Origin: an uncultured Isosphaeraceae bacterium
Lineage (GTDB): Bacteria > Planctomycetota > Phycisphaerae > Phycisphaerales > SM1A02
NCBI GenBank assembly: GCA_964558055.1
Contig: CAZLCM010000001.1
Coordinates: 1-47,422 of the forward strand
Length of the DNA: 47,422 bases
Reading direction: 5' to 3'
In this document: positions 19,051 through 29,104 of the stretch, in pieces
How positions within the stretch are numbered: position 1 is the stretch's first letter
How the letters are laid out: each line of letters begins with the position of its first letter
Made by a program: the position numbers and the translations under genes
The notes under the pieces: generated by a model
Seen by the model: only the letters and a program-made list of their open reading frames with translations
Databases searched by the model: none
What the model was told of the DNA's origin: nothing

Positions 19051-19743
19051 CTATTCAATATGGCCACCACGTAATCGTACTACAACATCTCCACGATCAG
19101 CAATTTCTGTATTGTGGGTCACCATAACAATCGTAAGTCCATCGTGATGTAACTCACTGAGAACATCAAGGATGCCGCTTCCTGTTTCCTCATCAAGGTT
19201 CCCAGTCGGCTCGTCTGCAAGCAATACAGACGGTCTATTGACAAGCGCTCGTGCGATTGCAACTCTTTGCCTTTCTCCTCCCGAAAGTTCACGTGGCCTG
19301 TGAGTTAGACGATGACTTAATCCAAACCGTTCTAGCAAATTTTCAGCATGATTTTTTGCTTCACTCTTTGAAATACCTTCCCCATTAATCATGGTCGGTA
19401 GAACAGTATTTTCAAGTACGTTCAGTTCCGGAAGAAGATGATAAAACTGAAAGACGAAACCGACATCGTTATTTCTATATTGGTTTAGTTGTCTGTTTGA
19501 TTTTTCCCAAACTGAGTCACCTTTGAACAAAACTACTCCACCATTTTGATCTGGTCGATCAAGACCACCAAGAAGATGTAGAAGAGTTGATTTGCCAGAA
19601 CCACTTGAACCCAAAATAGTAGTCCACTCTGAAGAGAGTATTTTTAAAGAAGCGTCGTGTAACACTGGAACATTTGATACACCAAGTTTGTATGTTTTTT
19701 TAAGGTTGACTCCTTCAAGAATTGGCAAGTGTAAATCATTCAT
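19051..19743 (-). CDS. ABC transporter ATP-binding protein, LolD/MacB-type
   Basis: Walker [10 protein letters not shown], signature LSGGERQR, Walker [12 protein letters not shown]. Overlaps the upstream FtsX-type permease by 8 nt. Confidence 0.9.
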   Translation of the reverse strand: MNDLHLPILEGVNLKKTYKLGVSNVPVLHDASLKILSSEWTTILGSSGSGKSTLLHLLGGLDRPDQNGGVVLFKGDSVWEKSNRQLNQYRNNDVGFVFQFYHLLPELNVLENTVLPTMINGEGISKSEAKNHAENLLERFGLSHRLTHRPRELSGGERQRVAIARALVNRPSVLLADEPTGNLDEETGSGILDVLSELHHDGLTIVMVTHNTEIADRGDVVVRLRGGHIE

Positions 19744-21541
19744 GACGCAACGCCTTTACAGGGTCAGTGTCTGCGGCTTTAGCAGCAGGAATCAATGCGC
19801 CTAACAAGCAAAAGAGGATTGCACCACAAACGGTAAACAGGCTAGAGTTCCAATCTACCTCGTTAGGTATAAACGAGAAGTAGTAAACTGACGCATCCCA
19901 AACTACTAGCCCACCTATATGTCGTACGAATAATACTAAACTGCCAATACCTCCTAATGTAATAAAACTTATTGACCCCAAAACAAGAGGAAGCATTTGA
20001 CCAAGACGACTTTTTAGGATTGTATAAATGAAAACTATCCCTGCTAACGCAAAACATGAAACCGCAATCCAAATGGGTGGGTTACCCATCGCTTCATGAA
20101 TAGCGTTGATATTTTTTGTAATTAACCAACCAACAAATAGACCCAGTAGCGAACCCGCTATTCCGATGACGGTGCTGTACTGTAGAAATATCCAAACAAT
20201 ACCTGCTCGTGAAGCACCAATTGAACGCAATATTCCAATATCTCTGGTTTTTTCAAATACGATTGACCAAAAAATTGAGAGAATCAAAGCAGCAACTACG
20301 AAGTACACAATTGAAAACAAAGTTCGCATTAACTCGCGTTCTTTTTCAATAGCCCCAGTATAACTTGCTTGTTGTTCCTCCCAAGTATTGATGCTTAACC
20401 CCGGACTGTGTCTTGAAGGCGGGAAGACGAGTGAACCATCTGGGATGCTATCAACAAAACTATCGTAGATTGAATTAACAACATCTCGAAGTTCGTTTGC
20501 GTCTATTCCAGTTGAACCACGGATTAAAATGCTTGTTGTTCTTTCGGGATCAATCCCTATTACTTCTGTAGGGTCGTCAAGGTCGACAATTTCAGCAGCG
20601 TCCAAATGGAGTAATGATTGAGCGACACCAATCGGTACAAAGATACGTGACTCATCAATCAAAAATACACCCGACTGAAATTCATTTAGAAAAGGCATGA
20701 TGATTGATTCTGGGTCAATAATCCCACCTTCAGAATCAATTGGTAACATTGTTAATGTTCCCTCAAACCGAGGCATCCACCAGTAATCATTTCTATTTAC
20801 TTTATATGTACCGTCACGTTGTCTGTCGTTTCCATCAGAAACATGAAGCCCCAAGACAATCCCCGGTTTTCCATTTCTTAAAAGAGTAAGACCTTGAGCA
20901 TGCACCGTATCTGGTTCCACTAGACGAGGATCGAATGAGATTATTGTTTCCCATTGCTCATCAGATACAAGATCAAGAATGTCGTTCCACAGATTTGATT
21001 TAGAAAAATTGAGCGAGTTAGACGCCTTATTCACTACATCTACAAACTCATTCCACTTTGCAGCATCCATAATCTGCTTGATAGCATTTTCATTATTTGT
21101 GATGGCATCAAGCAAAAGCCAATCACGTTGGTTATCAGTTGGAGAATTCCAATGTAATGATTCCTCGAAATCAGTTACTTTTGCAAATGACTCGGGTTCA
21201 ATTCCCCAAACCTGTACGGTTTCACTCTGCTTTGAGTTTGCATTTGGATATGGCATTTGTAACAAGCCCCATCCATCAACAACTGGTGTTGCAGCAATGA
21301 CTCGACCATCTTCCTCGAGTTGTTCTGTTAACTGCTTATAGTGTGGAATGCCCGAAATGCCATTTGAGATAACAACATCTCCCATGAGAGTTCTACCCGA
21401 TGACTGAACCATATCAAGGAAGCCGGTCATAACTGAGACAACAACGATAACCAATGCAACGCAAAGAGCAACAGCAGCAACAGCTATTAGTGGGATTACC
21501 CGACTAGTCAAATACCTAGATGTTAGAAGTGTTTGGTACAA
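19736..21541 (-). CDS. FtsX/MacB-type ABC permease with a large periplasmic domain (LolC/E-like)
   Basis: N-terminal TM, about 350-aa extracytoplasmic domain, C-terminal FtsX-like 3-TM bundle (GILRSIGASRAGIVWIF). TTG start. Confidence 0.8.
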   Translation of the reverse strand: MYQTLLTSRYLTSRVIPLIAVAAVALCVALVIVVVSVMTGFLDMVQSSGRTLMGDVVISNGISGIPHYKQLTEQLEEDGRVIAATPVVDGWGLLQMPYPNANSKQSETVQVWGIEPESFAKVTDFEESLHWNSPTDNQRDWLLLDAITNNENAIKQIMDAAKWNEFVDVVNKASNSLNFSKSNLWNDILDLVSDEQWETIISFDPRLVEPDTVHAQGLTLLRNGKPGIVLGLHVSDGNDRQRDGTYKVNRNDYWWMPRFEGTLTMLPIDSEGGIIDPESIIMPFLNEFQSGVFLIDESRIFVPIGVAQSLLHLDAAEIVDLDDPTEVIGIDPERTTSILIRGSTGIDANELRDVVNSIYDSFVDSIPDGSLVFPPSRHSPGLSINTWEEQQASYTGAIEKERELMRTLFSIVYFVVAALILSIFWSIVFEKTRDIGILRSIGASRAGIVWIFLQYSTVIGIAGSLLGLFVGWLITKNINAIHEAMGNPPIWIAVSCFALAGIVFIYTILKSRLGQMLPLVLGSISFITLGGIGSLVLFVRHIGGLVVWDASVYYFSFIPNEVDWNSSLFTVCGAILFCLLGALIPAAKAADTDPVKALRHE

Positions 21542-21556
21542 GAATTAACCATCGTA

Positions 21557-22249
21557 CTAAGTTGACACAGAAGCGTACTTATTTAATAGGGAATTTGGAC
21601 AACCAATGTCACTAACTATCACCTCACCTAGAAACCGCTGAGCATTTTCATTGAAAAACCCTTTTTTTGTGCCTACAAATGAAATTGTCATAGAGGCCTT
21701 GATACAACAACCTAGTGGTTCACCAGAATCGCAATCTAACCCAGACGGTATATCAAGGGCAACGCAAGGAGCACTATTTTTATTAACCGATTCGATAACT
21801 CCCGCGTATTTCCCATCAATATTTCTGTCGAGTCCAGTTCCAAAAATGGCATCGATAATGATGGTTGGGTCTGTTGGTAACATTCCTTCCCATTCCACAA
21901 GTTTGATACCCATTTCTCTACAAATTTTTGAATTCAGAACTGCATCTTCAGATTTTGGCTTGCTAATTTCCACAATAGTGACGGCGCATTCTCTGTTTGT
22001 TAGATGCCTTGCTAGGGCATAACCATCACCACCATTGTTACCGCTGCCGCAAAGAATGACTATATTTGTCCATAGCGTTGCATTTGTGGAATTCACAATA
22101 ATTTCAGCAGCTCCTCTTGCAGCATTTTCCATAAGAACTATGCTCGGAATTTGATATTCATTAACAGAATCCATGTCAATATCTCTTAGTGCTTCCCTAG
22201 AAAAAACGAGAGTTTGATTGTTTAACTTGCCTAGAGTCATTTGGTGCAT
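21557..22249 (-). CDS. NAD(P)H-hydrate epimerase (YjeF N-terminal domain only)
   Basis: LCGSGNNGGDGYALARHL and DAIFGTGL motifs. 230 aa with no fused dehydratase domain. Confidence 0.8.
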   Translation of the reverse strand: MHQMTLGKLNNQTLVFSREALRDIDMDSVNEYQIPSIVLMENAARGAAEIIVNSTNATLWTNIVILCGSGNNGGDGYALARHLTNRECAVTIVEISKPKSEDAVLNSKICREMGIKLVEWEGMLPTDPTIIIDAIFGTGLDRNIDGKYAGVIESVNKNSAPCVALDIPSGLDCDSGEPLGCCIKASMTISFVGTKKGFFNENAQRFLGEVIVSDIGCPNSLLNKYASVST

Positions 22250-22274
22250 GATAACTTAGTTAAAATATCATCTC

Positions 22275-23459
22275 ATGCCAATTATTGAAATCATTTCTTT
22301 GGTTTTGGGTGTACTAGTAACCACCTCTGTTTGTTTGTGGGTCGGGCTTGGGTTCCGGCTCTGGATTATGAACAAATCAAAACCGGTTATTCGCGAAGGG
22401 TTATCCCTGCCAAATCCCGAGGGTGAAGAAGTGAGCGTAATCGTTCCAGTTCACAACGAGGAAAGAGTGATTGGTCGTTGTGCAACCTCACTACGAAACC
22501 AAACGCACAAGAAAATGCAAATTATTTTTGTGCTTGACCGCTGTGTTGATAGAACTAAAGAAATACTTCAAAAACACGCCGAAGAGGATGAACGAATTTG
22601 TATCATCGAGAACGATAGTTGCCCCGACGATTGGGCAGGAAAATGCAACGCGGCAAGAAGGGGAGTTGAGCGGGCAACAGGTGATTGGTTACTTTTTACT
22701 GACGCTGATACCGAGTTCGATTGCGAGTTGGTTAGGTGTTCCGTTGCCTCAGCCATAAAACGCGAGGCATCATTGTTGAGTTTGCTAAGTTCATTAACAA
22801 TTGATAAGAATTTTGAACGAGTTGTCCAACCTATAGCAAGCACCTTTTTAGTAAGGCAGTTTCCAGTAGACAGGATTAATAGGGAACACAGGCCAAGACC
22901 ATTTGCAAACGGCCAATTTCTTCTATTCACAAGAGAGGCCTATGATGAAATTGGCGGGCACGATGCAGTTAAAGAACATTTACTTGAGGACTTCGCGTTT
23001 GCAAGATGTATATCGTTTAATGGCGCAGGTAAAGTGCAGGTGCTGTTTGCCGATGGAATGCTTAAGTGCTCGATGTATCCTACATTTACAGCATTTCAAT
23101 CTGGCTGGAAAAGAATTTATATTGAGGCAGCAACAAGGAGCGTAAAACGTCTCAAACAGAGTGCAATACTTGCAATTGTTGCTGGAATCATTCTCCCACT
23201 TGCTGGAATTGCTGGTGTCTTGATTGGCCAACACACATCCCCAACACTTTTTTGGATGTCAGTTACATCTTTAATTACAGCCGCTCTGGTTATTGGTTGG
23301 CTGTATCGAATTAATAATGCACCAGTTATGTATGGAGTTTTTGCTCCGCTTGGAGCGGTTGTAGTTGCAAAAATGTTTATCGAGTCCGTTCGAATGTTGA
23401 AAAACAGAACGCCTATTTGCTGGGGTGGAAAAGAATATATTTTGGAACCAAGAAAATAA
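22275..23459 (+). CDS. membrane-bound family 2 glycosyltransferase
   Basis: VSVIVPVHNEE, FTDADT (DxD), GQFLLFTREAY, LLEDFAFA. TM helices at both ends. Confidence 0.8.
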   Translation: MPIIEIISLVLGVLVTTSVCLWVGLGFRLWIMNKSKPVIREGLSLPNPEGEEVSVIVPVHNEERVIGRCATSLRNQTHKKMQIIFVLDRCVDRTKEILQKHAEEDERICIIENDSCPDDWAGKCNAARRGVERATGDWLLFTDADTEFDCELVRCSVASAIKREASLLSLLSSLTIDKNFERVVQPIASTFLVRQFPVDRINREHRPRPFANGQFLLFTREAYDEIGGHDAVKEHLLEDFAFARCISFNGAGKVQVLFADGMLKCSMYPTFTAFQSGWKRIYIEAATRSVKRLKQSAILAIVAGIILPLAGIAGVLIGQHTSPTLFWMSVTSLITAALVIGWLYRINNAPVMYGVFAPLGAVVVAKMFIESVRMLKNRTPICWGGKEYILEPRK

Positions 23460-24247
23460 TGAAAATACTACTTACAAATGATGATGGCATAAGGGCTCCG
23501 GGTATTATTGCTCTTCATAGAGCATTGCAAGGGATAGGAGAACTTGTTGTGATTGCTCCCGAAACTGTGCAATCAGCAACGAGTCATGGAATCACTTATA
23601 CAACCCCACTAATGACTCAAAAAGTAGACGTCACTGAATATATGTCAGGCATTGCAGTTGACGGCAGACCAGCAGATTGTGTAAAACTTGCAATGAGAGC
23701 ACTGTGGGAAGAGCAGTTCGGAGAGGGGACAAAACCAGACCTCACAATTAGTGGTATGAACAGCGGTTCTAATGTTGGTATTAACATTATTTATTCTGGA
23801 ACTGTAGCCGCCGCCATTGAATCCGCCTTTCTTGGTGTTCCGTCTCTCGCGGTGAGTTTACATTTAGATAATCGAGAACACACCTGCTATGACAGAGCTG
23901 CTGTAATCGCTAGAAGTGTTATAGATAAAGTGCTAAAAAACAAACTAGAACCTCACAATGTAATAAATATAAACGTGCCCGTTTGTGAGTCAAACGACAG
24001 GCCTATGCCGGAAATCAAAGTAGTTGACATGAACGCATCAGGAGATCTTGGATATTACGATAAACGTCTAGCTCCAGACGGACGGACATATTACTGGGCA
24101 GCAGGAGATGGTATGGCTTTTGCGCACACTGCCAAGGGGAGTGATGTGGAAGCACTAAAACTCGGCTATGCAACAGTAACACCGCTGGATTATGTGTTAA
24201 CCCACACGAGTCAGATGGAACTTTGGAGAAGTAATTTAGTTACTTAG
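23459..24247 (+). CDS. surE: 5'/3'-nucleotidase SurE
   Basis: MKILLTNDDGIRAPGI, ISGMNSGSNVG, YSGTVAAAIE. The ATG shares 1 nt with the glycosyltransferase stop (TAATG). Confidence 0.9.
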   Translation: MKILLTNDDGIRAPGIIALHRALQGIGELVVIAPETVQSATSHGITYTTPLMTQKVDVTEYMSGIAVDGRPADCVKLAMRALWEEQFGEGTKPDLTISGMNSGSNVGINIIYSGTVAAAIESAFLGVPSLAVSLHLDNREHTCYDRAAVIARSVIDKVLKNKLEPHNVININVPVCESNDRPMPEIKVVDMNASGDLGYYDKRLAPDGRTYYWAAGDGMAFAHTAKGSDVEALKLGYATVTPLDYVLTHTSQMELWRSNLVT

Positions 24248-24255
24248 TTAACAAC

Positions 24256-25089
24256 TCAATTAAACAATAATTGAATAGTGATTCTAATTGTTTCATCGCC
24301 AACTAGCGCATCAACTTGTTCTCCAGATGCGCGCCAACGGTAGAGCGAGTTCTCAATAGTTCGATTCAATGATGCGCTTCCTGTTCTGATTATGAAGTTA
24401 ACGTTCAATGGTTTTCCTGTCTTGTCTATAAACAACTCCACTAACACATTGCTTGGTGTACTAACAGCAAGTTGGCTTGAAAGAAATTTTATCACTTTTG
24501 GCTTAAGTGAAATCCCATGTGCAGCAAGTGGCTTGCCTAATTTTAAATCATCAACGGCAACTTTGATTAACGAAGTTGCTTGAGAGTCAAGGTCATCCTG
24601 ATAGTGCACTTCCTCCGTTAACGGTTCGGGTATTTCTGGCACAAGTTGAGTTTCTGTTACCTCAATTTGTTCGATTTGGCTTTGGGGTAATTGATTGGAA
24701 GGAAAGGTAACCCTAAGTTGTGCGAGATTCTTTAAAAACTGTGAGGCAATTTGTGACACGGGGTTGGCAACTTTTTTCATGCTATCTAAAGCGTTTTTAA
24801 AAACCAATACTTCAGATCGCATCTCGGCTTGTTCAACTTCAGAGTGCCTCGCAAGTTGTTCTTCATACGTGTCATATCCAATCCATGTTAGAGTTGAAAC
24901 ACTGGATTCATCAATGCCGAGTTCTACTTCTTGTTTATCTAACGTGGGTTTTTCAAGAAGAATGGTGTTGGGATTTGGAGCAAGAATTGATGATGTACTC
25001 TTTGAGTAAACAATTGGAACCACAATCAAATGTAAACCAACGGAAAAGATAAGAGCAACAAAAAGAACTATGTTTTCACGGATCATCAT
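24256..25089 (-). CDS. TonB-like energy-transducer protein (N-terminal TM anchor plus TonB_C-like C-terminus)
   Basis: ATG 25089/25086 gives MMIRENIVLFVALIFSVGLHLIVV. C-terminal VLVELFIDKTGKPLNVNFIIRTGSASLNRTIENSLYRW resembles the TonB C-domain. Confidence 0.6.
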   Translation of the reverse strand: MMIRENIVLFVALIFSVGLHLIVVPIVYSKSTSSILAPNPNTILLEKPTLDKQEVELGIDESSVSTLTWIGYDTYEEQLARHSEVEQAEMRSEVLVFKNALDSMKKVANPVSQIASQFLKNLAQLRVTFPSNQLPQSQIEQIEVTETQLVPEIPEPLTEEVHYQDDLDSQATSLIKVAVDDLKLGKPLAAHGISLKPKVIKFLSSQLAVSTPSNVLVELFIDKTGKPLNVNFIIRTGSASLNRTIENSLYRWRASGEQVDALVGDETIRITIQLLFN

Positions 25090-25516
25090 TGATTGGCTCC
25101 TCTTCGTTGGGTGCTCCAACCAAGAAAATTTCAAGCCCGTGGTTGCGTAGTTGATCCCAAGTTCCAGTGAGAATTGGACCTCTATCGGTATCAGATTCTC
25201 CGTCTTCTACAACAAGATATATTGCCGATTCCGGAGTTTCTATAGTTTTTTCAATCACCTTCTGAGCAACTTCGCTAAGTTGTACAATCTCTTTTCCAAC
25301 ATATATTTTCCCATCGACTGCAATGGTGATAGAAATACTCTGCCTTGGCTCAGCAGCCGTGCCAGAAACATACGACTCTAGCGGGACTGGTAACACCTCT
25401 GCTCTCACCATTAGGACCATTGCATAAACGAAAAAAGTAAGCAGGAGAAAAACCACATCGATGAGAGGCATCATCTCGACGCGGGTTTCATAATCAGTGC
25501 GACGAATAGGTCGCAT
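25076..25516 (-). CDS. exbD: ExbD/TolR-family biopolymer transport protein
   Basis: MPLIDVVFLLLTFFV TM signature followed by a periplasmic domain (ITIAVDGKIYVG...IYLVVEDG). Confidence 0.85.
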   Translation of the reverse strand: MRPIRRTDYETRVEMMPLIDVVFLLLTFFVYAMVLMVRAEVLPVPLESYVSGTAAEPRQSISITIAVDGKIYVGKEIVQLSEVAQKVIEKTIETPESAIYLVVEDGESDTDRGPILTGTWDQLRNHGLEIFLVGAPNEEEPINDDP

Positions 25517-25520
25517 GATG

Positions 25521-25856
25521 TCAAGAACCTATAAGTAAAAGTGCTGTTGTTGTGTCTTCAATAAACTCAAAAACTTGGTCAAGACCAGTTGCTAGCATCG
25601 TAGACCAAATTCCATCAGAAATATTACAAATTACCATTCTCTTATCTTTAGCTTTTAATAATTTGTGTATCTCGATAAGTGCGCCGAGGTTCGAAGAGTT
25701 TAGTACGGATACATTTTGCAAATCAACAATGACGTTTGGAAAAGCGCCATCATCACTTCGCAATCTTGTCATTAGGGTATCTGTGTCTTCCGAGAAGTAT
25801 GGTTCATCTAGAAGTTCTAAAATAAGTATATTGTCGTCCCACTGGTTTAATGTCAT
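25521..25856 (-). CDS. STAS-domain protein (SpoIIAA-like anti-sigma-factor antagonist)
   Basis: VIVDLQNVSVLNSSNLGALIEIHKLL...MVICNISDGIWSTMLATGLDQVFEF. The ATG overlaps the gyrA stop (ATGA, 25853-25856). Confidence 0.75.
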   Translation of the reverse strand: MTLNQWDDNILILELLDEPYFSEDTDTLMTRLRSDDGAFPNVIVDLQNVSVLNSSNLGALIEIHKLLKAKDKRMVICNISDGIWSTMLATGLDQVFEFIEDTTTALLLIGS

Positions 25857-28453
25857 GTCACAGAGGATACCGTATCTTCGACACCTTCGACTTTCGCCGC
25901 TGCAATTAATCTATCACCATCTTTGAGATTCACAACCCTTACCCCCTTGGTGTTTCTACCAATGGTCCTAATATCGCTTGCCGAGATGCGCACAAGCATT
26001 CCATTAGCAGTGATAAACATTAAGCTATCACTATCACGCACAGCACGAATATCTGTAACAAGACCGTTTCGGTCGCCAGTTTTAATATCGCGTCGCCCCT
26101 TACCGCCTCTTGATTGTGCTCTTGTGGAGCCGTCTTCGCTATGTACAAGATAATCAATCATAGGGGTTCGTTTGCCATAACCATTTTGGGTCATAGTCAT
26201 TAAATCAGCGTCGTCTTCAGCCAGCACACAACCAACAACTCGGTCACCCTTTGCAAGAGAAATGCCTCTAACGCCGGCAGCGGTTCGACCCATTAACCGA
26301 GCATCTGTCTCGAGAAATCTAATCGACATGCCAGAAGAAGTTCCAAGAAGAACATGGCTTTCGCCTTGTGTCTTTATAACGTCAACAAGTGAATCGCCTT
26401 CGTTCAACTTAATTGCGTGAATGCCACCACGGTTTACATTTCGGTATTCAGAAACGGCAGTTCGTTTCACTCGGCCAAGAGAAGTTGCAAAAACAAGGTT
26501 ATCTTGGCAAGTTTCAAAGTCCTTGATGTTTCTAAATGTGACAATGTTCTCACCATCTTTGAGTTGAAGAAGATTTACAATAGCACGTCCACGGCTAGTT
26601 CTTGTTGCCTCAGGTATTTGATAAACTTTGAGTTGGAACACTCGTCCCGTGTCAGTGAAACACAGTAAATCGTCATGTGTAGAAGCAACAAAGATGTGCT
26701 CTATGAAATCGCCATCTTTTGTCTCACCACCCTTTATTCCACGTCCACCACGACCCTGTTCACGGAATGTGTCTGTTGGTAACCGCTTGACATAACCGTG
26801 GTGGGAGATTGTGACACATACATCGTGCTCTGGAATCAATGCGCCATAATCAAAGTCGTCGTCTTCTCCGTCGACAAATCCTGTGAGCCTATCGGTCGAG
26901 AATTTTTCTTTTAGTTCGATGCAATCTTCTCGAATAATGTCGAGAATTCGTTGTTCATCAGAGAGAATCGCTTCATAGTCGTCAATCTTCTCAAGAAGGT
27001 CTGCGTATTCGCTTGTAAGTTTTTCTATTTCTAGACCGACTAGTTGAATAAGTCGAAGGGCGCCAATTGCGTCCGCTTGTAATCTTGAAAGTGAAACACC
27101 ATCTTTTGCTTTTTCAATTAAACGCTTTGCGATGAATTTTGAGTATTCGTGGTTCTCGGGAACACAAAACTCTCTAACCATCAATTTTTCGATTGCCTCT
27201 TCTCGAGTTCGGCTAGCGCGTATGAGCGAGATAACTTCATCTATATCGCAGACAGCGTAAATTAATCCTTCAAGGCGGTGAGCAGCTTTTGACGCTTCGC
27301 GTAGAAGGTGTTCGGTTCTCCTGCGAATGACGGTTCTTCGGTGATTTACCCAACAATCAATAAGACCTCGAAGGCCGAGTGTTTGTGGGCGTCCATTTAC
27401 AAGAGCAATGTTAATGACCGAAACGGTGGATTGAAGAGGAGTGTATTTATATAGTTGTCTCTCGACAACGTCTGGGTCGGCGCCTCGTTTTAAGTAGACA
27501 ACTATTCTTGTACGCCATTTTTTCCCAGAAAAGTTTTTAATGTCTGAAATGTCAGCGATGCGACCCGTCTTTGCACAGTCAACAATTTTTTCTATCAAAT
27601 TATTTTGTACGAGTTGGTATGGAATTTCATCAATAACAATTGCTTCGCGCTTTCCAATTGTTTCGTGATGAACTCTTCCGCGCACCCGCAACTTACCGCG
27701 GCCAGTCGAATACGCTTCAGCAAGTCCCTGTTTTCCAACGACAAGTCCACCGGTTGGAAAGTCGGGACCCGGAACAATTTCTAACAACTCTGCTAAATCC
27801 AATTCTGGATTATCAATTGTCGCAACGATTGCGTCACAAATCTCACCAACATTATGTGGTGGCATTGAACAGGACATACCAACTGCGATACCACTTGAGC
27901 CATTTACAAGTAAGTTCGGGAAGCGACCAGGAAGTACGGTTGGTTCTTGCCTTGTTTCGTCGTAGTTTGGTTTGAAATCAACGGTATCGAGTTTGATGTC
28001 ATCAAGCATCGCAACTGCTGCTTGGGTCATTCGTGCTTCCGTGTACCGCATAGCAGCAGGTGGGTCACCATCGATTGAGCCAAAGTTACCTTGCTTATCA
28101 ACGAGCATTACCCTCATCTTCCAGTTCTGTCCCATATTCACTAAAGTTGGGTAAATAACGGACTCACCGTGAGGGTGGTAGTTGCCCGAGGTATCACCAG
28201 CAATTTTTGCACACTTTCTGTGCTTTCTTCCCGGTGAAAGATTAAGGTCGTGCATTGCAACAAGAATTCTTCGTTGCGAGGGTTTAAGACCATCACGGAC
28301 GTCAGGAAGAGCACGATCCATGATAGTTGACATAGCGTATGTTAAGTAACTGTCATGTAATTCACGTTCGATTAGTTGGTCAACAACATTACCAATGTTG
28401 CTAAACGCTTCATCGTTTTGCGCTTCGGGATTCTTATCTGGTGTCTCGCTCAT
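25853..28453 (-). CDS. gyrA: DNA gyrase subunit A
   Basis: DGLKPSQRRIL, QRDR-like GDTSGNYHPHGESVIY, active-site AAMRYTEARM, and C-terminal beta-pinwheel repeats. 866 aa. Confidence 0.97.
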   Translation of the reverse strand: MSETPDKNPEAQNDEAFSNIGNVVDQLIERELHDSYLTYAMSTIMDRALPDVRDGLKPSQRRILVAMHDLNLSPGRKHRKCAKIAGDTSGNYHPHGESVIYPTLVNMGQNWKMRVMLVDKQGNFGSIDGDPPAAMRYTEARMTQAAVAMLDDIKLDTVDFKPNYDETRQEPTVLPGRFPNLLVNGSSGIAVGMSCSMPPHNVGEICDAIVATIDNPELDLAELLEIVPGPDFPTGGLVVGKQGLAEAYSTGRGKLRVRGRVHHETIGKREAIVIDEIPYQLVQNNLIEKIVDCAKTGRIADISDIKNFSGKKWRTRIVVYLKRGADPDVVERQLYKYTPLQSTVSVINIALVNGRPQTLGLRGLIDCWVNHRRTVIRRRTEHLLREASKAAHRLEGLIYAVCDIDEVISLIRASRTREEAIEKLMVREFCVPENHEYSKFIAKRLIEKAKDGVSLSRLQADAIGALRLIQLVGLEIEKLTSEYADLLEKIDDYEAILSDEQRILDIIREDCIELKEKFSTDRLTGFVDGEDDDFDYGALIPEHDVCVTISHHGYVKRLPTDTFREQGRGGRGIKGGETKDGDFIEHIFVASTHDDLLCFTDTGRVFQLKVYQIPEATRTSRGRAIVNLLQLKDGENIVTFRNIKDFETCQDNLVFATSLGRVKRTAVSEYRNVNRGGIHAIKLNEGDSLVDVIKTQGESHVLLGTSSGMSIRFLETDARLMGRTAAGVRGISLAKGDRVVGCVLAEDDADLMTMTQNGYGKRTPMIDYLVHSEDGSTRAQSRGGKGRRDIKTGDRNGLVTDIRAVRDSDSLMFITANGMLVRISASDIRTIGRNTKGVRVVNLKDGDRLIAAAKVEGVEDTVSSVT

Positions 28454-28516
28454 GGTGCCTTTTCGGGAACAAGTATTGTACCAGATTGCACTACCAAATT
28501 GCTAATTTGAATGGTT

Positions 28517-29104
28517 CTAGGAAGCCGTCTTTAGGAGCAATAAATACTCACTATTCCCGCTCCCTTTTTTGCTTGATTTTTTCCCCTTTATTGGAGATAG
28601 CGTCTCCCCAATTATCTCAATAGACAATTCATGACAGAGCAATTTAACACGAGATATTACGCGTGAAACAGCATCTTCTGAAAGCCCACCACCAACGGAT
28701 TCCAAGGCCTTTTCTTCTTTTGTTAGTTCGTAGTGAGGTTTAACCAACGTAATAATATGACCGTTTCTAGCCCACTTTTTCCCAACAGGTAGAGCAAGTT
28801 TTTGAGGTGTCCAACCAAGGTCAATAACTACAAGATCTACTTCTTCTGGTGGTTCAAAATGAAGAGCATTCGTTCTCTCTAATGTAGTTACTCGTTCATC
28901 GCTTCGCAATTTCCAAGCGAATGTTCCGTATCCAGTATCAACTGAATATATTTTTGAAGCACCTCGTTGCAATAAGCAATCTGTAAACCCTCCTACATTG
29001 CAACCAAGGTCAGCACACGTCAATCCAGTGACTTCAAATTTGAATTTAGAAAGTGCGTGTTCCAGTTTTAAGCCAGCGCGGGAAACAAAACTTGGTTCAT
29101 TCAT
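28517..29104 (-). CDS. TlyA-like FtsJ-fold rRNA 2'-O-methyltransferase lacking the S4 domain
   Basis: FVSRAGLKLEHAL and SAM motif CADLGCNVGGFTDCLLQRGA, LVKPHYE. ATG 29104 overlaps the lpxI stop by 8 nt. Confidence 0.7.
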   Translation of the reverse strand: MNEPSFVSRAGLKLEHALSKFKFEVTGLTCADLGCNVGGFTDCLLQRGASKIYSVDTGYGTFAWKLRSDERVTTLERTNALHFEPPEEVDLVVIDLGWTPQKLALPVGKKWARNGHIITLVKPHYELTKEEKALESVGGGLSEDAVSRVISRVKLLCHELSIEIIGETLSPIKGKKSSKKGSGNSEYLLLLKTAS

